Shown: positions 31,201-39,312 of the stretch, piece after piece
Numbering within the stretch: the stretch's first letter is position 1
Layout of the letters: every line of letters begins with the position of its first letter
Assembly: GCA_046348035.1 (NCBI GenBank)
Contig: JAXMEZ010000005.1
Coordinates: 13,615 to 77,614 of the forward strand
Source of the DNA: Rubrivivax sp.
GTDB lineage: Bacteria > Pseudomonadota > Gammaproteobacteria > Burkholderiales > Burkholderiaceae_C
Length of the DNA stretch: 64,000 nucleotides
Direction: 5' to 3'
The notes under the pieces: generated by a model
The model's input: only the letters and a program-made list of their open reading frames with translations
What the model was told of the DNA's origin: nothing
Databases searched by the model: none
Translations under genes and position numbers: made by a program

Positions 31201-31452
31201 AGCGTCAGCCCCCAAGCCCGCCAGACGCTCGCGCAATGCGACGAGCAGTCCGTTGACCAGAGCCAGTTCGTGCTGTTGCCGCTGGCCGTCGGGAAGGTCG
31301 TCCAGCGCGTCGCCGAGTTGCCGCGCCAGCGCCTCGGCCAGATAGGCCGTCGCTTCGGCGGCTAACGGCTGCAAGTCCGCGGCTTCGCTACCGAGACGTG
31401 ACGAAATGCCTTCGGTAACGAGCAGGTCGTACAAGCCCTTGGGCAAACTCAT
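28300..31452 (-). CDS. PLD nuclease-SF2 helicase-DUF3427 protein (SauUSI-like type IV restriction candidate)
   Basis: PLD motif LHAKAWIF...GSANLT, Walker A AATGTGKT, DECH, GLTATPERTDG, NEGIDLP, QQIGRGLR, and C-terminal FFVTLDK...YKDFAISPEQFHWQT (DUF3427-like). Confidence 0.88.
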   Translation of the reverse strand: MSLPKGLYDLLVTEGISSRLGSEAADLQPLAAEATAYLAEALARQLGDALDDLPDGQRQQHELALVNGLLVALRERLAGLGADARGAAEVIDLIAAPPRRLVALGGDTAGRPAPELGLSAPWLFTAGRGTPSLLQELRRELDSADHVDVLISFITVSGLRKLEGELSRLSALDAQGQTRTRLRVLTTTYMANTEAEALERLARLPGCEVRVSLDGRRTRLHAKAWIFRRATGFGSAYVGSANLTGAALTGGLEWTVKIAQRSQTALFEHAVAHFETLWADPEFQHFDAGSEAHRTKLREALQQERPDGASAALVTFFDLQPKSYQQEMLDQLASERAHGRWRNLVVAATGTGKTVLAALDYRRLHREQGGYPRLLFVAHRREILEQAQRTYREVLRDRTFGTLLAGGEEPASHDHLFATIDGVHARGLVAQLGAAHWNVVVVDECHRLAADRFEAFITAVEPKVLLGLTATPERTDGRPILQHFNARPDGRPAVELRLWHALDLQLLAPFEYFACDDQTDFRDVPWHMPGEVAALDVLVSDNHVRAKLVIDEWRRLAANPRACKALVFCVTVRHARFMAATLNAAGLPARCVFGDTPRDERDDAPKLLMAGKLCALVTVDLYNEGIDLPMVDTLLLLRPTQSPVLFQQQIGRGLRLAPPKKESCLVLDFVGQHRTDYRFDRLLSTLTGLSRRELVEQCEQGFGRLPPGCHIELQPKTRQQVLASLRTLTVNSWPRLTAELLAYMALRGTVQAPPLREFLDHQALELEDVYRASTGKQLSGWTTLRRSAGLIVAEPGPEEQYFSRRLASLLHVDDPRRLSMLAKAARGEATAAPVDPQQVVLAQMLAYQVDAGRERLGDPIAFFGRLGAHPAIRDELNELWPLLEARSDLVSTAMPGLEATPLCLHAAYGVREVLTAVGWLTAQQRLPFDGGVLSQLDQRRELFFVTLDKSEGFHERVSYKDFAISPEQFHWQTPNSTAPHTKRGRRYLESPANGWTFQLFVRARKGDAYRACGPLTLESAEGERPMSIVWRLAVPLPARLFREFSVLRGA

Positions 31453-31571
31453 CGCGGGCGCAGGATAACGGCGAACAGCGGCACGGCAAGTCGCACGTTC
31501 TGCAGCCGCTACCGGCTGGAGAAGCATCGCGGGCGCGGTTGCAGCGGCTCGCCGAGCGACCGACGACGCCC

Positions 31572-32210
31572 TCACCCTTCCGCCGCAATCTGCCTCAACG
31601 CCCTCTCGAACACCTCTGGCGTCTGCGCCCCTTCGATGAGGTGGCGCCGGTCGACGACGATGGCGGGCACGGCATGGATGCCGGCCTGTTGCCATTGCTG
31701 CTCGGCCGCGCGCACTTCACTGGCGTACTCGTCGCCGTCGAGGATCTGTGCGGCGCGCGTGGCGTCCAGGTCCACGCGGGCGGCCAGGTCCAGCAGCACT
31801 TCGCGGCTGCCGGGGTTGCGGGCTTCGCCGTGGTAGGCCTGCAAGAGCGCCGTCTTGAGTTCGCGCTGCTTGCCTTCCTCGCCCGCCCACATGAGCAGGC
31901 GGTGCGCGTCGAAGGTGTTCCACACGTGCGGCCGTTCGCCGAAAGTGAAGCCGACCGCGGCGCCGCGCTCGCGGATGCGGTCCTGGTTGACGCGGATCTG
32001 CGCTTCGTCGAGGCCGTCTTTCGCGCCGCGGTAGGCCACGGTGTCGGCGCCCTCGGGCGGCATGTCGGGGTTCAGCTCGAACGGCTGGAAGTGCCATTCG
32101 ATCTCGATGTCGGGCGCGACGCGGCGCGCCGCTTCGGCCAGCGAATGCAGGCCGATGGCGCACCAGGGGCAAGCCACGTCGGAGACGAAGTCGATTCTGA
32201 GGGTGCGCAT
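31572..32210 (-). CDS. DsbA-family (FrnE-like) oxidoreductase
   Basis: SDVACPWCAIG (CxxC), PFELNPDMP, NTFDAHRL, GIHAVP, GAQ. Confidence 0.92.
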   Translation of the reverse strand: MRTLRIDFVSDVACPWCAIGLHSLAEAARRVAPDIEIEWHFQPFELNPDMPPEGADTVAYRGAKDGLDEAQIRVNQDRIRERGAAVGFTFGERPHVWNTFDAHRLLMWAGEEGKQRELKTALLQAYHGEARNPGSREVLLDLAARVDLDATRAAQILDGDEYASEVRAAEQQWQQAGIHAVPAIVVDRRHLIEGAQTPEVFERALRQIAAEG

Positions 32211-32348
32211 GAAGACGGTTCCTTGGTCGGCGAGTCGTCCGCCGGTCTGCCGGGCGGCCTCGCGGCCGGCGGCCTGGCGGCCAGGCGGCCTCAGCGTACA
32301 GGCGACGCGACCGCCTTGCGCGGCCGCCAGGGCAGAGGCTGCGGCCGA

Positions 32349-32376
32349 TTGACGGACACAACACAAATGTTTAATC
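32349..32376 (+). promoter_or_regulatory. Putative sigma70 promoter/operator of hicAB
   Basis: AT-rich patch TTGACG-15 bp-TTTAAT containing the imperfect palindrome AACAcaaaTGTT, about 11 bp before the hicA ATG. The spacer is short. Confidence 0.45.
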
Positions 32377-32386
32377 TGCACCAGGC

Positions 32387-32562
32387 ATGAACTCGGCCGA
32401 GTTCAAGCGCTGGCGCGCCAGGCAAGGCGCCACGTTCTCGCCCGGCAGAGGTTCGAACCTGAAGGTCACGCTCAACGGCCGCCATTCCGTCTGCCGATGC
32501 ACTCCGCGGAACTGAAAACAGGCACCGTCGAGGCGATCAAGAAGCAGCTCGGACTCAAGTGA
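32387..32562 (+). pseudogene. hicA: HicA-family toxin, frameshifted near 32490 (not in ORF track)
   Basis: Manual translation MNSAEFKRWRARQGATFSPGRGSNLKVTLNGRHSV/LPMHSAELKTGTVEAIKKQLGLK*. Confidence 0.8.
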
Positions 32563-32573
32563 TGCCCAGGACC

Positions 32574-32993
32574 ATGTTCGACTATCCCGTCGTCCTTACG
32601 CCGCAGCCCGAAGGCGGCTATACGGTCGCCTTCCCCGACGTTCCTGAAGCCATCACCCAGGGCGAGGACGAAGACGAGGCGCTGCTGTACGCCGTCGACG
32701 CCCTCGAAGCGGCGTTGTCCTTCTACGTCGACAACCGCAAGCCGGTGCCGACGCCGAGCAAGCCTCGGCGCGGCCAGAGGGTCGTGCACCCGAGCGCGCT
32801 GGAGTCGGCGAAGCCGGCGATCTACACCGAGATGCTGGCGCAAGGGGTGCGCAAGTCCGACCTTGCCCGCAAGCTGGGCTGGCACCTGCCGCAGGTCGAT
32901 CGCCTGCTCGATCTGAACCACGCCAGCCGCATGGAGCACCTCGAATCGGCGGCGCGCATTCTCGGCAAGGAACTGCGGCTGTCGGTCGTGTGA
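32574..32993 (+). CDS. hicB: HicB-family antitoxin with C-terminal HTH
   Basis: YPVVL, VAFPDVPEAITQG, LARKLGWHLPQVDRLLDL. Confidence 0.92.
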   Translation: MFDYPVVLTPQPEGGYTVAFPDVPEAITQGEDEDEALLYAVDALEAALSFYVDNRKPVPTPSKPRRGQRVVHPSALESAKPAIYTEMLAQGVRKSDLARKLGWHLPQVDRLLDLNHASRMEHLESAARILGKELRLSVV

Positions 32994-33014
32994 GGACGCG
33001 CTCTCACTACACCC

Positions 33015-33908
33015 TCACCGCTGCCGCGCCAGCTTCGGGTCGAGCAGGTCGCGCAGGCCGTCGCCCATCAGGTTCAGGCCGAGCACGCTGAGCATGATGG
33101 CCACGCCGGGGTACACCGCCAGCAGCGGCGCCTGGAACATCTGCGTCTGCGCTTCGTTGAGCATGCGGCCCCAGCTCGGCTGCGGCGGCTGCGTGCCCAG
33201 GCCCAGGTAGCTCAGCGCTGCCTCGGCGAGGATGGCGGTGGCGAACGAGATGCTCGCCTGCACGATCAAAGGGCTCGCGATGTTGGGCAGCACGTGGTCG
33301 ACGGTGATGCGCCACGGCCCCTTGCCCGCAGCGCGCGCGGCGGTGACGTATTCGCGCGCCCACACCGCGTTGGCGCTGCCGCGCGCGATGCGCGCGAAGA
33401 CCGGGATGTTGAAGATGCCGATGGCGACGATGCTCATCACGAGCCCCGGGCCGTAGATGGCGGTGAGCATGATCGCCGACAGCAGCGCCGGGAAGGCGAA
33501 GGTGAAGTCGCTGGCGCGCATCACGAGTTCTTCGACCCAGCCGCGGTTCTCGGAGCGCGATGCCGAAGCGAGGCAGCCGAGCGCGACGCCGATCAGGAGG
33601 CCGATGCCCACCGCGATGACACCGACGACGATGCTGTTCTGCGAGCCCACCAGCAGCTGCGAGGCGATGTCGCGCCCGAGGCTGTCGGTGCCGAGCCAAT
33701 GTGCCGCCGAGGGTGGCAGCAGCTTCTTCGGGATGTCGATCTCGGCCGGCGGGTAGGGCGACCAGAAGAGCGACACGAACGCCGCCAGCGCCAGCGCTGC
33801 GCTGAGCAGCCCACCGACGACGAAGCTCGGATGCCGGCGCGCGCGCCACCAGAAGCCGCGCGCGGAGCCCGACGCCGACGGTGCAACGGAAGCGAGGCTC
33901 GTGCTCAT
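33015..33908 (-). CDS. Peptide ABC transporter permease (OppC/DppC-like)
   Basis: HWLGTDSLGRD, EYVTAARAAG, HVLPN, EAALSYLGLG, PSWGRML. Confidence 0.93.
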   Translation of the reverse strand: MSTSLASVAPSASGSARGFWWRARRHPSFVVGGLLSAALALAAFVSLFWSPYPPAEIDIPKKLLPPSAAHWLGTDSLGRDIASQLLVGSQNSIVVGVIAVGIGLLIGVALGCLASASRSENRGWVEELVMRASDFTFAFPALLSAIMLTAIYGPGLVMSIVAIGIFNIPVFARIARGSANAVWAREYVTAARAAGKGPWRITVDHVLPNIASPLIVQASISFATAILAEAALSYLGLGTQPPQPSWGRMLNEAQTQMFQAPLLAVYPGVAIMLSVLGLNLMGDGLRDLLDPKLARQR

Positions 33909-33912
33909 GCCT

Positions 33913-34875
33913 TCAGGCGGAAGCCACGCGCAGCCGCGGGTCGATGACGGCGTAGAGCACGTCGACGACGAAGTTCACCACCACCACCACCGCCGCCAGC
34001 AGCATCACCACGTCGCGCACGACGATGAGGTCGCGGTTGCTGATGGCCTGGAACACGAGGCGGCCGATGCCCGGCAGCACGAACACGTTCTCGACGACGA
34101 TGGTGCCGGTGACGAGGTTGGCGAACTGCAGCCCGGCCACCGTCAGCACCGGGATCAGCGCGTTGCGCAGCACGTGGCGCCACAGCGCCTGCCGCTTCGA
34201 AAGGCCCTTGGCGCGCGCGGTGCGAACGAAGTCCTCGCGCATCACCTCGATCACTGCCGAGCGCGTGACGCGGGCCAGGATGGCTGCCTGCACCAGTGCC
34301 AGCGCGATGGCGGGCAGGATGAGCGCCTGCAGCCCTTCCCACGGGCCGCCGCCTTCGTCTTCGGTCCAGCCGGGGAAGCCGCCGGCGCTCACCCATTGCA
34401 GTTGCACGGCGAACAAGAGGATCAGGAGGATCGCGAACCAGAAGTTCGGGATCGCGATGCCCACCTGGCTCGCGGCCATCACGCCGACGTCGCCTATTCT
34501 GTTGTGCCGAGCCGCGGCGTAGAGGCCGAGGCCGAGCGCGAGCACGACGGTGAGCGCCATCGCCATGATCGCCAGCGGCAGCGTCACGCGCATGCGTTCG
34601 GCGATGAGCTCGGCCGTGGGCGTGTCGTAGCTGATGCTCTGCGCCGTGCGGCCTTGCAGCCAGCCGCCCACCCAGTCGGCGTAGCGCGTCGCCGCGGGGC
34701 GGTCGAGGCCGAGCTTGGCTTCGAGCGCGGCGATGGATTCCGGCGTTGCCGTCTCGCCGAGGATCACTTCGGCGGCGTTGCCCGGCAGCAGTTCCAGCAC
34801 TGCGAAGACCACCAGCGAAGCCACGGCCAGCGTGGCGAAGAAGGTCGCGAAGCGCTTGAGGAGGAAGAGGCCCAA
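33913..34875 (-). CDS. Peptide ABC transporter permease (OppB/DppB-like)
   Basis: LPGNAA, LGLDRP, AIPNFW, EDFVRTARAKGL, HVLRNALIP, VENVF..PGIG. TTG start. Confidence 0.93.
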   Translation of the reverse strand: MGLFLLKRFATFFATLAVASLVVFAVLELLPGNAAEVILGETATPESIAALEAKLGLDRPAATRYADWVGGWLQGRTAQSISYDTPTAELIAERMRVTLPLAIMAMALTVVLALGLGLYAAARHNRIGDVGVMAASQVGIAIPNFWFAILLILLFAVQLQWVSAGGFPGWTEDEGGGPWEGLQALILPAIALALVQAAILARVTRSAVIEVMREDFVRTARAKGLSKRQALWRHVLRNALIPVLTVAGLQFANLVTGTIVVENVFVLPGIGRLVFQAISNRDLIVVRDVVMLLAAVVVVVNFVVDVLYAVIDPRLRVASA

Positions 34876-34963
34876 CGGGAGGAAACGGAAGGGAAACAGG
34901 TTCGAGGCAGCGGTCTATGATGCCTCAAGCTGACGCACTTCCTCCTCGGTGGCGGCCATGGCC

Positions 34964-36418
34964 ATGAAGCAAGTTCCTTTCGACAGCACCCAGGTGTTCA
35001 TCGGCGGCCGCTGGCGCGCCTGCGATTCGGGCGAGACGTTGCCGCTCGCGAACCCTTCCGACGGCAGCGAGCTCACGCGCATCGCGCGCGGCGGCGTCGC
35101 CGACATCGATGCGGCTGTGGCCGCAGCGCGCGCGGCACTCGAAGGGCCGTGGGGCGCGCTCACTGCCGCCGAGCGCGGCCGGGTGCTCTTGAAGATGAGC
35201 GCGAAGGTGCTGGAGCAGGCCGACGAGCTGGCGCGTCTCGAAGCGCTGGACGTCGGCAAGCCGCTGAAGCAGGCGCGCGCCGACGCGGTGGCGCTGGCGC
35301 GCTACCTCGAGTTCTACGGCGGCGCGGCTGACAAGGTGCACGGGCAGACGATCCCGTTCGCCAACGGCTACACCGCGCTGACGCTGCGCGAGCCGCACGG
35401 CGTCACGGCGCACATCGTGCCGTGGAACTACCCGATGCAGATCATCGGCCGCAGCGTCGGCGCGGCGCTGGCGATGGGGAACGCCTGCGTCCTGAAGCCC
35501 GCCGAGGAAGCGTGCCTCACGGCGCTCGCGTTCGCGCGCATCGCCGGCGAGGCGGGCATCCCGGCCGGGGCGCTGAACGTGGTCCCGGGCCTCGGCGAAG
35601 AGGCCGGCGCGGCGCTCGCCGCCCACAAGGGCATCAACCACATCTCGTTCACCGGCTCGGTGGCGGTGGGCGCGCTGATCCAGGCCGCGGCGGCGAAGAA
35701 CGCGGTGCCGGTGACGCTGGAACTCGGGGGCAAGAGCCCGCAGCTCGTCTTCGCCGACGCCGACCTCGACGCGGCGCTGCCGTTCCTCGTCAACGCCGGC
35801 ATCCAGAACGCGGGCCAGACCTGCTCGGCGGCCAGCCGCATCCTCGTTGAGCGCCCGGTGTTCGACGAAGTGGTGCGGCGCATGGCCGAGCGCTACGCCG
35901 CCTTGCGCATCGGGCCGGCGCTCGACGATCTCGACGTGGGCCCGGTGATCTCGGCGCGCCAGCGCGAGATCGTCATGGGCTACCTCGAAGTGGTGAAGAC
36001 GAGCGGCCTGAAGGTCGCGGCCGCGGCGCCGATGCCGGCAACGCTGCCGCGCGGCGGCTACTACGTGCCGCCGACGCTGGTGGCCGACGTGAACCCGGCG
36101 CACCGCATCGCGCAGGAGGAGATCTTCGGCCCGGTGCAGGCGGTGATCCCGTTCGACGGCGAAGCCGACGGCGTGGCCATCGCCAACGGCACCGCCTACG
36201 GGCTCGTCGCGGGCTTGTGGACGCGCGACGGCGGCCGCCAGCTGCGCCTGGCGCGCAAGCTGCAAGCGGGGCAGGTGTTCGTCAACAACTACGGCGCCGG
36301 CGGCGGCATCGAGCTGCCGTTCGGCGGCGTCAAGCACTCGGGGCACGGGCGCGAGAAGGGCTTCGAGGCGCTGTACGGGTTCTCGACGCTGAAGACGATC
36401 GCCATCAAGCACGACTGA
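34964..36418 (+). CDS. Aldehyde dehydrogenase
   Basis: PWNYP, FTGS, LELGGKSP, NAGQTCSA, EEIFGPV, PFGGVKHSG. Confidence 0.95.
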   Translation: MKQVPFDSTQVFIGGRWRACDSGETLPLANPSDGSELTRIARGGVADIDAAVAAARAALEGPWGALTAAERGRVLLKMSAKVLEQADELARLEALDVGKPLKQARADAVALARYLEFYGGAADKVHGQTIPFANGYTALTLREPHGVTAHIVPWNYPMQIIGRSVGAALAMGNACVLKPAEEACLTALAFARIAGEAGIPAGALNVVPGLGEEAGAALAAHKGINHISFTGSVAVGALIQAAAAKNAVPVTLELGGKSPQLVFADADLDAALPFLVNAGIQNAGQTCSAASRILVERPVFDEVVRRMAERYAALRIGPALDDLDVGPVISARQREIVMGYLEVVKTSGLKVAAAAPMPATLPRGGYYVPPTLVADVNPAHRIAQEEIFGPVQAVIPFDGEADGVAIANGTAYGLVAGLWTRDGGRQLRLARKLQAGQVFVNNYGAGGGIELPFGGVKHSGHGREKGFEALYGFSTLKTIAIKHD

Positions 36419-36472
36419 CGACCAGACAACGGGCGCGCCGCGCGCACGCCCATCCACGAGGAGTTCTTTCCC

Positions 36473-37252
36473 ATGCGACTCGCAGGCAAGGTTGCCGTCG
36501 TCACCGGCGGCGGTTCGGGCTTCGGCGCCGGCATCGTGCGCAAGTTCGTCGCCGAAGGCGCGCGCGTGCTGGTGGCCGACATCAACGGCGACGCGGCCAA
36601 CGCAGTCGCCAAGGACGTGGCCGGCGCGGCTGGCGAGAAGGCGGCGCAGGGCCTGCGCGTCGACGTGGCCAACGCCGCCGACGTGCGCGCGATGATGGAC
36701 ACCGCGCAGCAGCGCTTCGGCCGCCTGGACATCGTCGTCAACAACGCCGGCGTCACGCACCTGCCCGCGCCGCTGGAAAGCGTCAGCGAAGCCGACTTCG
36801 ACCGCATCGTCGCGGTCAACATGAAGGCGATCTACTACGCGATGCGCGAAGCGGTGCCGCGCCTGAAGGCCAACGCGCCGGGCGTGCACGGCATCCGCGG
36901 CGTGGTGCTGAACATGGCCAGCACGGCCGGCGTGAGCCCGCGGCCGCGCCTGGGTTGGTACAACGCGAGCAAGGGTTGGGTGATCACCGCCACGCGCGCC
37001 AACGCGGTGGAGCTGGCGCCGTTCGGCATCCGCGTCGTCGCGCTGAACCCGGTGGCAGGCGAGACGCCGCTCCTGAAATCGTTCATGGGCGAGGACACGC
37101 CCGAGGTGCGGGCGAAATTCCTCTCCACGATCCCGATCGGCCGCTTCTCTCAGCCCGAGGACCTGGGCAACGCGGCGTGCTTCCTGTGCAGCGACGAGGC
37201 CAGCATGATCACCGGCGTGTGCATGGAAGTGGACGGCGGCCGCTGCATCTGA
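36473..37252 (+). CDS. Short-chain dehydrogenase/reductase (FabG-like)
   Basis: TGGGSGFG, NNAG, YNASK, VDGG. Confidence 0.93.
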   Translation: MRLAGKVAVVTGGGSGFGAGIVRKFVAEGARVLVADINGDAANAVAKDVAGAAGEKAAQGLRVDVANAADVRAMMDTAQQRFGRLDIVVNNAGVTHLPAPLESVSEADFDRIVAVNMKAIYYAMREAVPRLKANAPGVHGIRGVVLNMASTAGVSPRPRLGWYNASKGWVITATRANAVELAPFGIRVVALNPVAGETPLLKSFMGEDTPEVRAKFLSTIPIGRFSQPEDLGNAACFLCSDEASMITGVCMEVDGGRCI

Positions 37253-37272
37253 CGGCCGCCGCCGGGGCCCGG

Positions 37273-37527
37273 CTAGCGGCCGCCGATGTGGCGGTCGGCG
37301 GCGGCGAAGAGGTCGGAGGCGAACGAGGGGTCGTAGCGGGCGATGCCCGCGGCCACGCGGCGCAGCGCCGCGGCTTCGTCGAAGCGGCGCATCTCTTCGT
37401 TGTGCGCACGCCAGGCTTCGAGGCTCTTGCGCACGAATCGCAGCAGCGCGGCGAAGGCGGCGGCCGCCAGCGGCGCGCCGCGCGGCACGGCGATCGGCGC
37501 CGGGGCGTGCAGGGTGATTTCGGTCAT
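37273..37527 (-). CDS. Small hypothetical protein divergent from LysR
   Basis: 84-aa ORF with GGAAAGGGAA upstream. C-terminus DPSFASDLFAAADRH. Confidence 0.6.
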   Translation of the reverse strand: MTEITLHAPAPIAVPRGAPLAAAAFAALLRFVRKSLEAWRAHNEEMRRFDEAAALRRVAAGIARYDPSFASDLFAAADRHIGGR

Positions 37528-37700
37528 GGTGTCTGTTCCCTTTCCTGTGCTGCCCCGCGGCTGAAGCGGCTGGCTTCGTTGCGCGGGGCGGGTGCCTTCA
37601 CTTCGGCGCCCAGTGCTGGGATATTAGGGTTACTACCAATGCTCACACGATGAAAGTTCATCAGGAGTGACATGAGCGCTGTTCATATCAGAATCGGCGC

Positions 37701-38648
37701 ATGCCGACGCCGGCCGCCAACTTCCGCACCCTCGACCTGAACCTGCTGCGCGTCTTCGACGCCGCGATGGCCGAAGGCAGCCTGACGCGCGCTGCCACGA
37801 CGCTGGCGATGACGCAGCCGGCGGTGAGCCATGCCATCCGGCGCCTGCGCCAGGCGCTGGGCGACGAGCTGTTCACGCGCACCGCGCAAGGCGTGCGGCC
37901 CACCGCGCTGGCCGAGAGCCTGTGGCCGCAGGTGCGCCAGGCGCTGGCCACGCTGCGCCAGGCGATCGCGCCGGGCGAATTCGACGCCCAGCGCGACGCG
38001 GTGACCTTCCGCCTCGCGATGGCCGACGCCACCGCGGCGCTCCTGGTGCCGCCGCTGGTGACGGCGATCGAGGCCGAGCACGCGCTGGCGACGCTGCGCG
38101 TGCTGCTGCTGACCACGCGCGACCCGCGCCGGCTGCTGCAGGCGCAGGCCATCGACCTCGCGGTGGGTTCGTTCCCCGAGGTGGCCGCGGCATTGCGTTC
38201 CGAAGGCGGCGAGCCGGCGCTGCGGCAGCGGCCGCTGTACGACACGCGCTACGTCTGCGTGATGCGCCGCGGCCACGCTCTGGCCAAGCGCGGCGCGCTG
38301 ACGCTGGAGGCCTACTGCGCCGCGGCGCATCTGCAGGTGAGCTTCTCGGGCCGCGGTGTCGGCGCGGTGGACCAGGCACTGGCCGCACTCGGCCGGCAGC
38401 GGCGCACGGTGCTGACGGTGAACCAGTTCTTCACCGCCGGGCGCGTGGTGGCGCACAGCCATCTGCTCACCGTGCTGCCGGAGAGCTTCCTGGACGCGAC
38501 CGGCTACCGCGGCGAACTGGCCATCGCCGAGCTGCCGCTGGCTTTGCCCACGGTGCACGTGGGCATGCTGTGGCACCTGCGGCACGACGCCGACCCCGCG
38601 CACCGCTGGCTGCGCGAGCGCGTCGCGGCAGCGGCGAAGCCGCGCTGA
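37701..38648 (+). CDS. LysR-family regulator (NodD/LeuO-like)
   Basis: LDLNLLRVF, SLTRAA..L.MTQPAVSHAIRRLR, DPAHRWLRE. Confidence 0.95.
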   Translation: MPTPAANFRTLDLNLLRVFDAAMAEGSLTRAATTLAMTQPAVSHAIRRLRQALGDELFTRTAQGVRPTALAESLWPQVRQALATLRQAIAPGEFDAQRDAVTFRLAMADATAALLVPPLVTAIEAEHALATLRVLLLTTRDPRRLLQAQAIDLAVGSFPEVAAALRSEGGEPALRQRPLYDTRYVCVMRRGHALAKRGALTLEAYCAAAHLQVSFSGRGVGAVDQALAALGRQRRTVLTVNQFFTAGRVVAHSHLLTVLPESFLDATGYRGELAIAELPLALPTVHVGMLWHLRHDADPAHRWLRERVAAAAKPR

Positions 38649-38807
38649 AGCGCGGGGCGGCGGCGTCGGCACGCGTTGCAGGACACCGCGCATCGTCGGC
38701 CTCGCACGCCGAGGTTGTGGCGCGCCAAGGACGCCGGGGTCGGCTCCGCTCGTGTCCTCTTTCGGCCGCCCGGCTCGCTGCGCTCGCAGGGCGCCCGAAT
38801 GCCCCCT

Positions 38808-38982
38808 CCTGATTAGCGACGAACCTCAGCACCGTTCGCCCTGAGCAGGCGACCGAGCTTGTCGAGGGCGCCGTGTCGAAGGGCCGTGTCGCACGGTCCT
38901 TCGGCAGGCTCAGGAAGGGGCTTCGACAAGCTCAGCCCGAACGGAGTCGATGCGCACATGCTGAGGTTCCTCGCCAATCAGG
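38808..38982. mobile_element. 175-bp MITE-like element with 24-bp TIRs and 8-bp target-site duplication
   Basis: Left TIR CCTGATTAGCGACGAACCTCAGCA (38808-38831) and right TIR TGCTGAGGTTCCTCGCCAATCAGG (38959-38982) match at 22/24. TGCCCCCT flanks both ends (38800-38807, 38983-38990). Confidence 0.8.
38832..38944. repeat. REP-like palindrome family A, copy 3 (inside the MITE)
   Basis: CCGTTCGCCCTGAGC...GTCGAAGGG...CTTCGACAAGCTCAGCCCGAACGG. Confidence 0.85.
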
Positions 38983-39312
38983 TGCCCCCTTTACCTCGCT
39001 GAGCCGACCCCCCGGCATCCTTGGCGGGCACCGGGGTCTGTCTTCCAAGAGGGGCGTGCGATGGTGATGACGAAGGCCCTGGGTCTTCTCGTCGAACGCC
39101 ACCGTGGGTGCTCGATCGGGACGGTGGGGTGCTCTGCTTCGTGAGGTAAAGGGGGCATTCGGGCGCCCTGCGGAGCTTGCGGAGCAGGGCGGCCGAAAGA
39201 GGACACGAACGAAGCAGGGCACCCCGCCGGCCCGATCCCGCCACGAACCGTCGAGGGCGATCTCCCGCTCCCGCAGTCTCGCGATCCCGTTTGCCGACGA
39301 CATGGCGTCGGC

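Larger units (their letters stand above)
38720..39237. repeat. Two inverted copies of palindromic repeat family B between converging lysR and tyrB
   Basis: Core CGTGTCCTCTTTCGGCCGCCC...CGCAGGGCGCCCGAATGCCCCCTTTACCTC at 38751-38997 (interrupted) and its reverse complement at about 39143-39207. Each copy has its own flanking inverted arms. Confidence 0.85.

Noticed and set aside
27980-33012. Prophage or integrative element
   Set aside because: No integrase, transposase, phage genes, tRNA or att repeats were seen.
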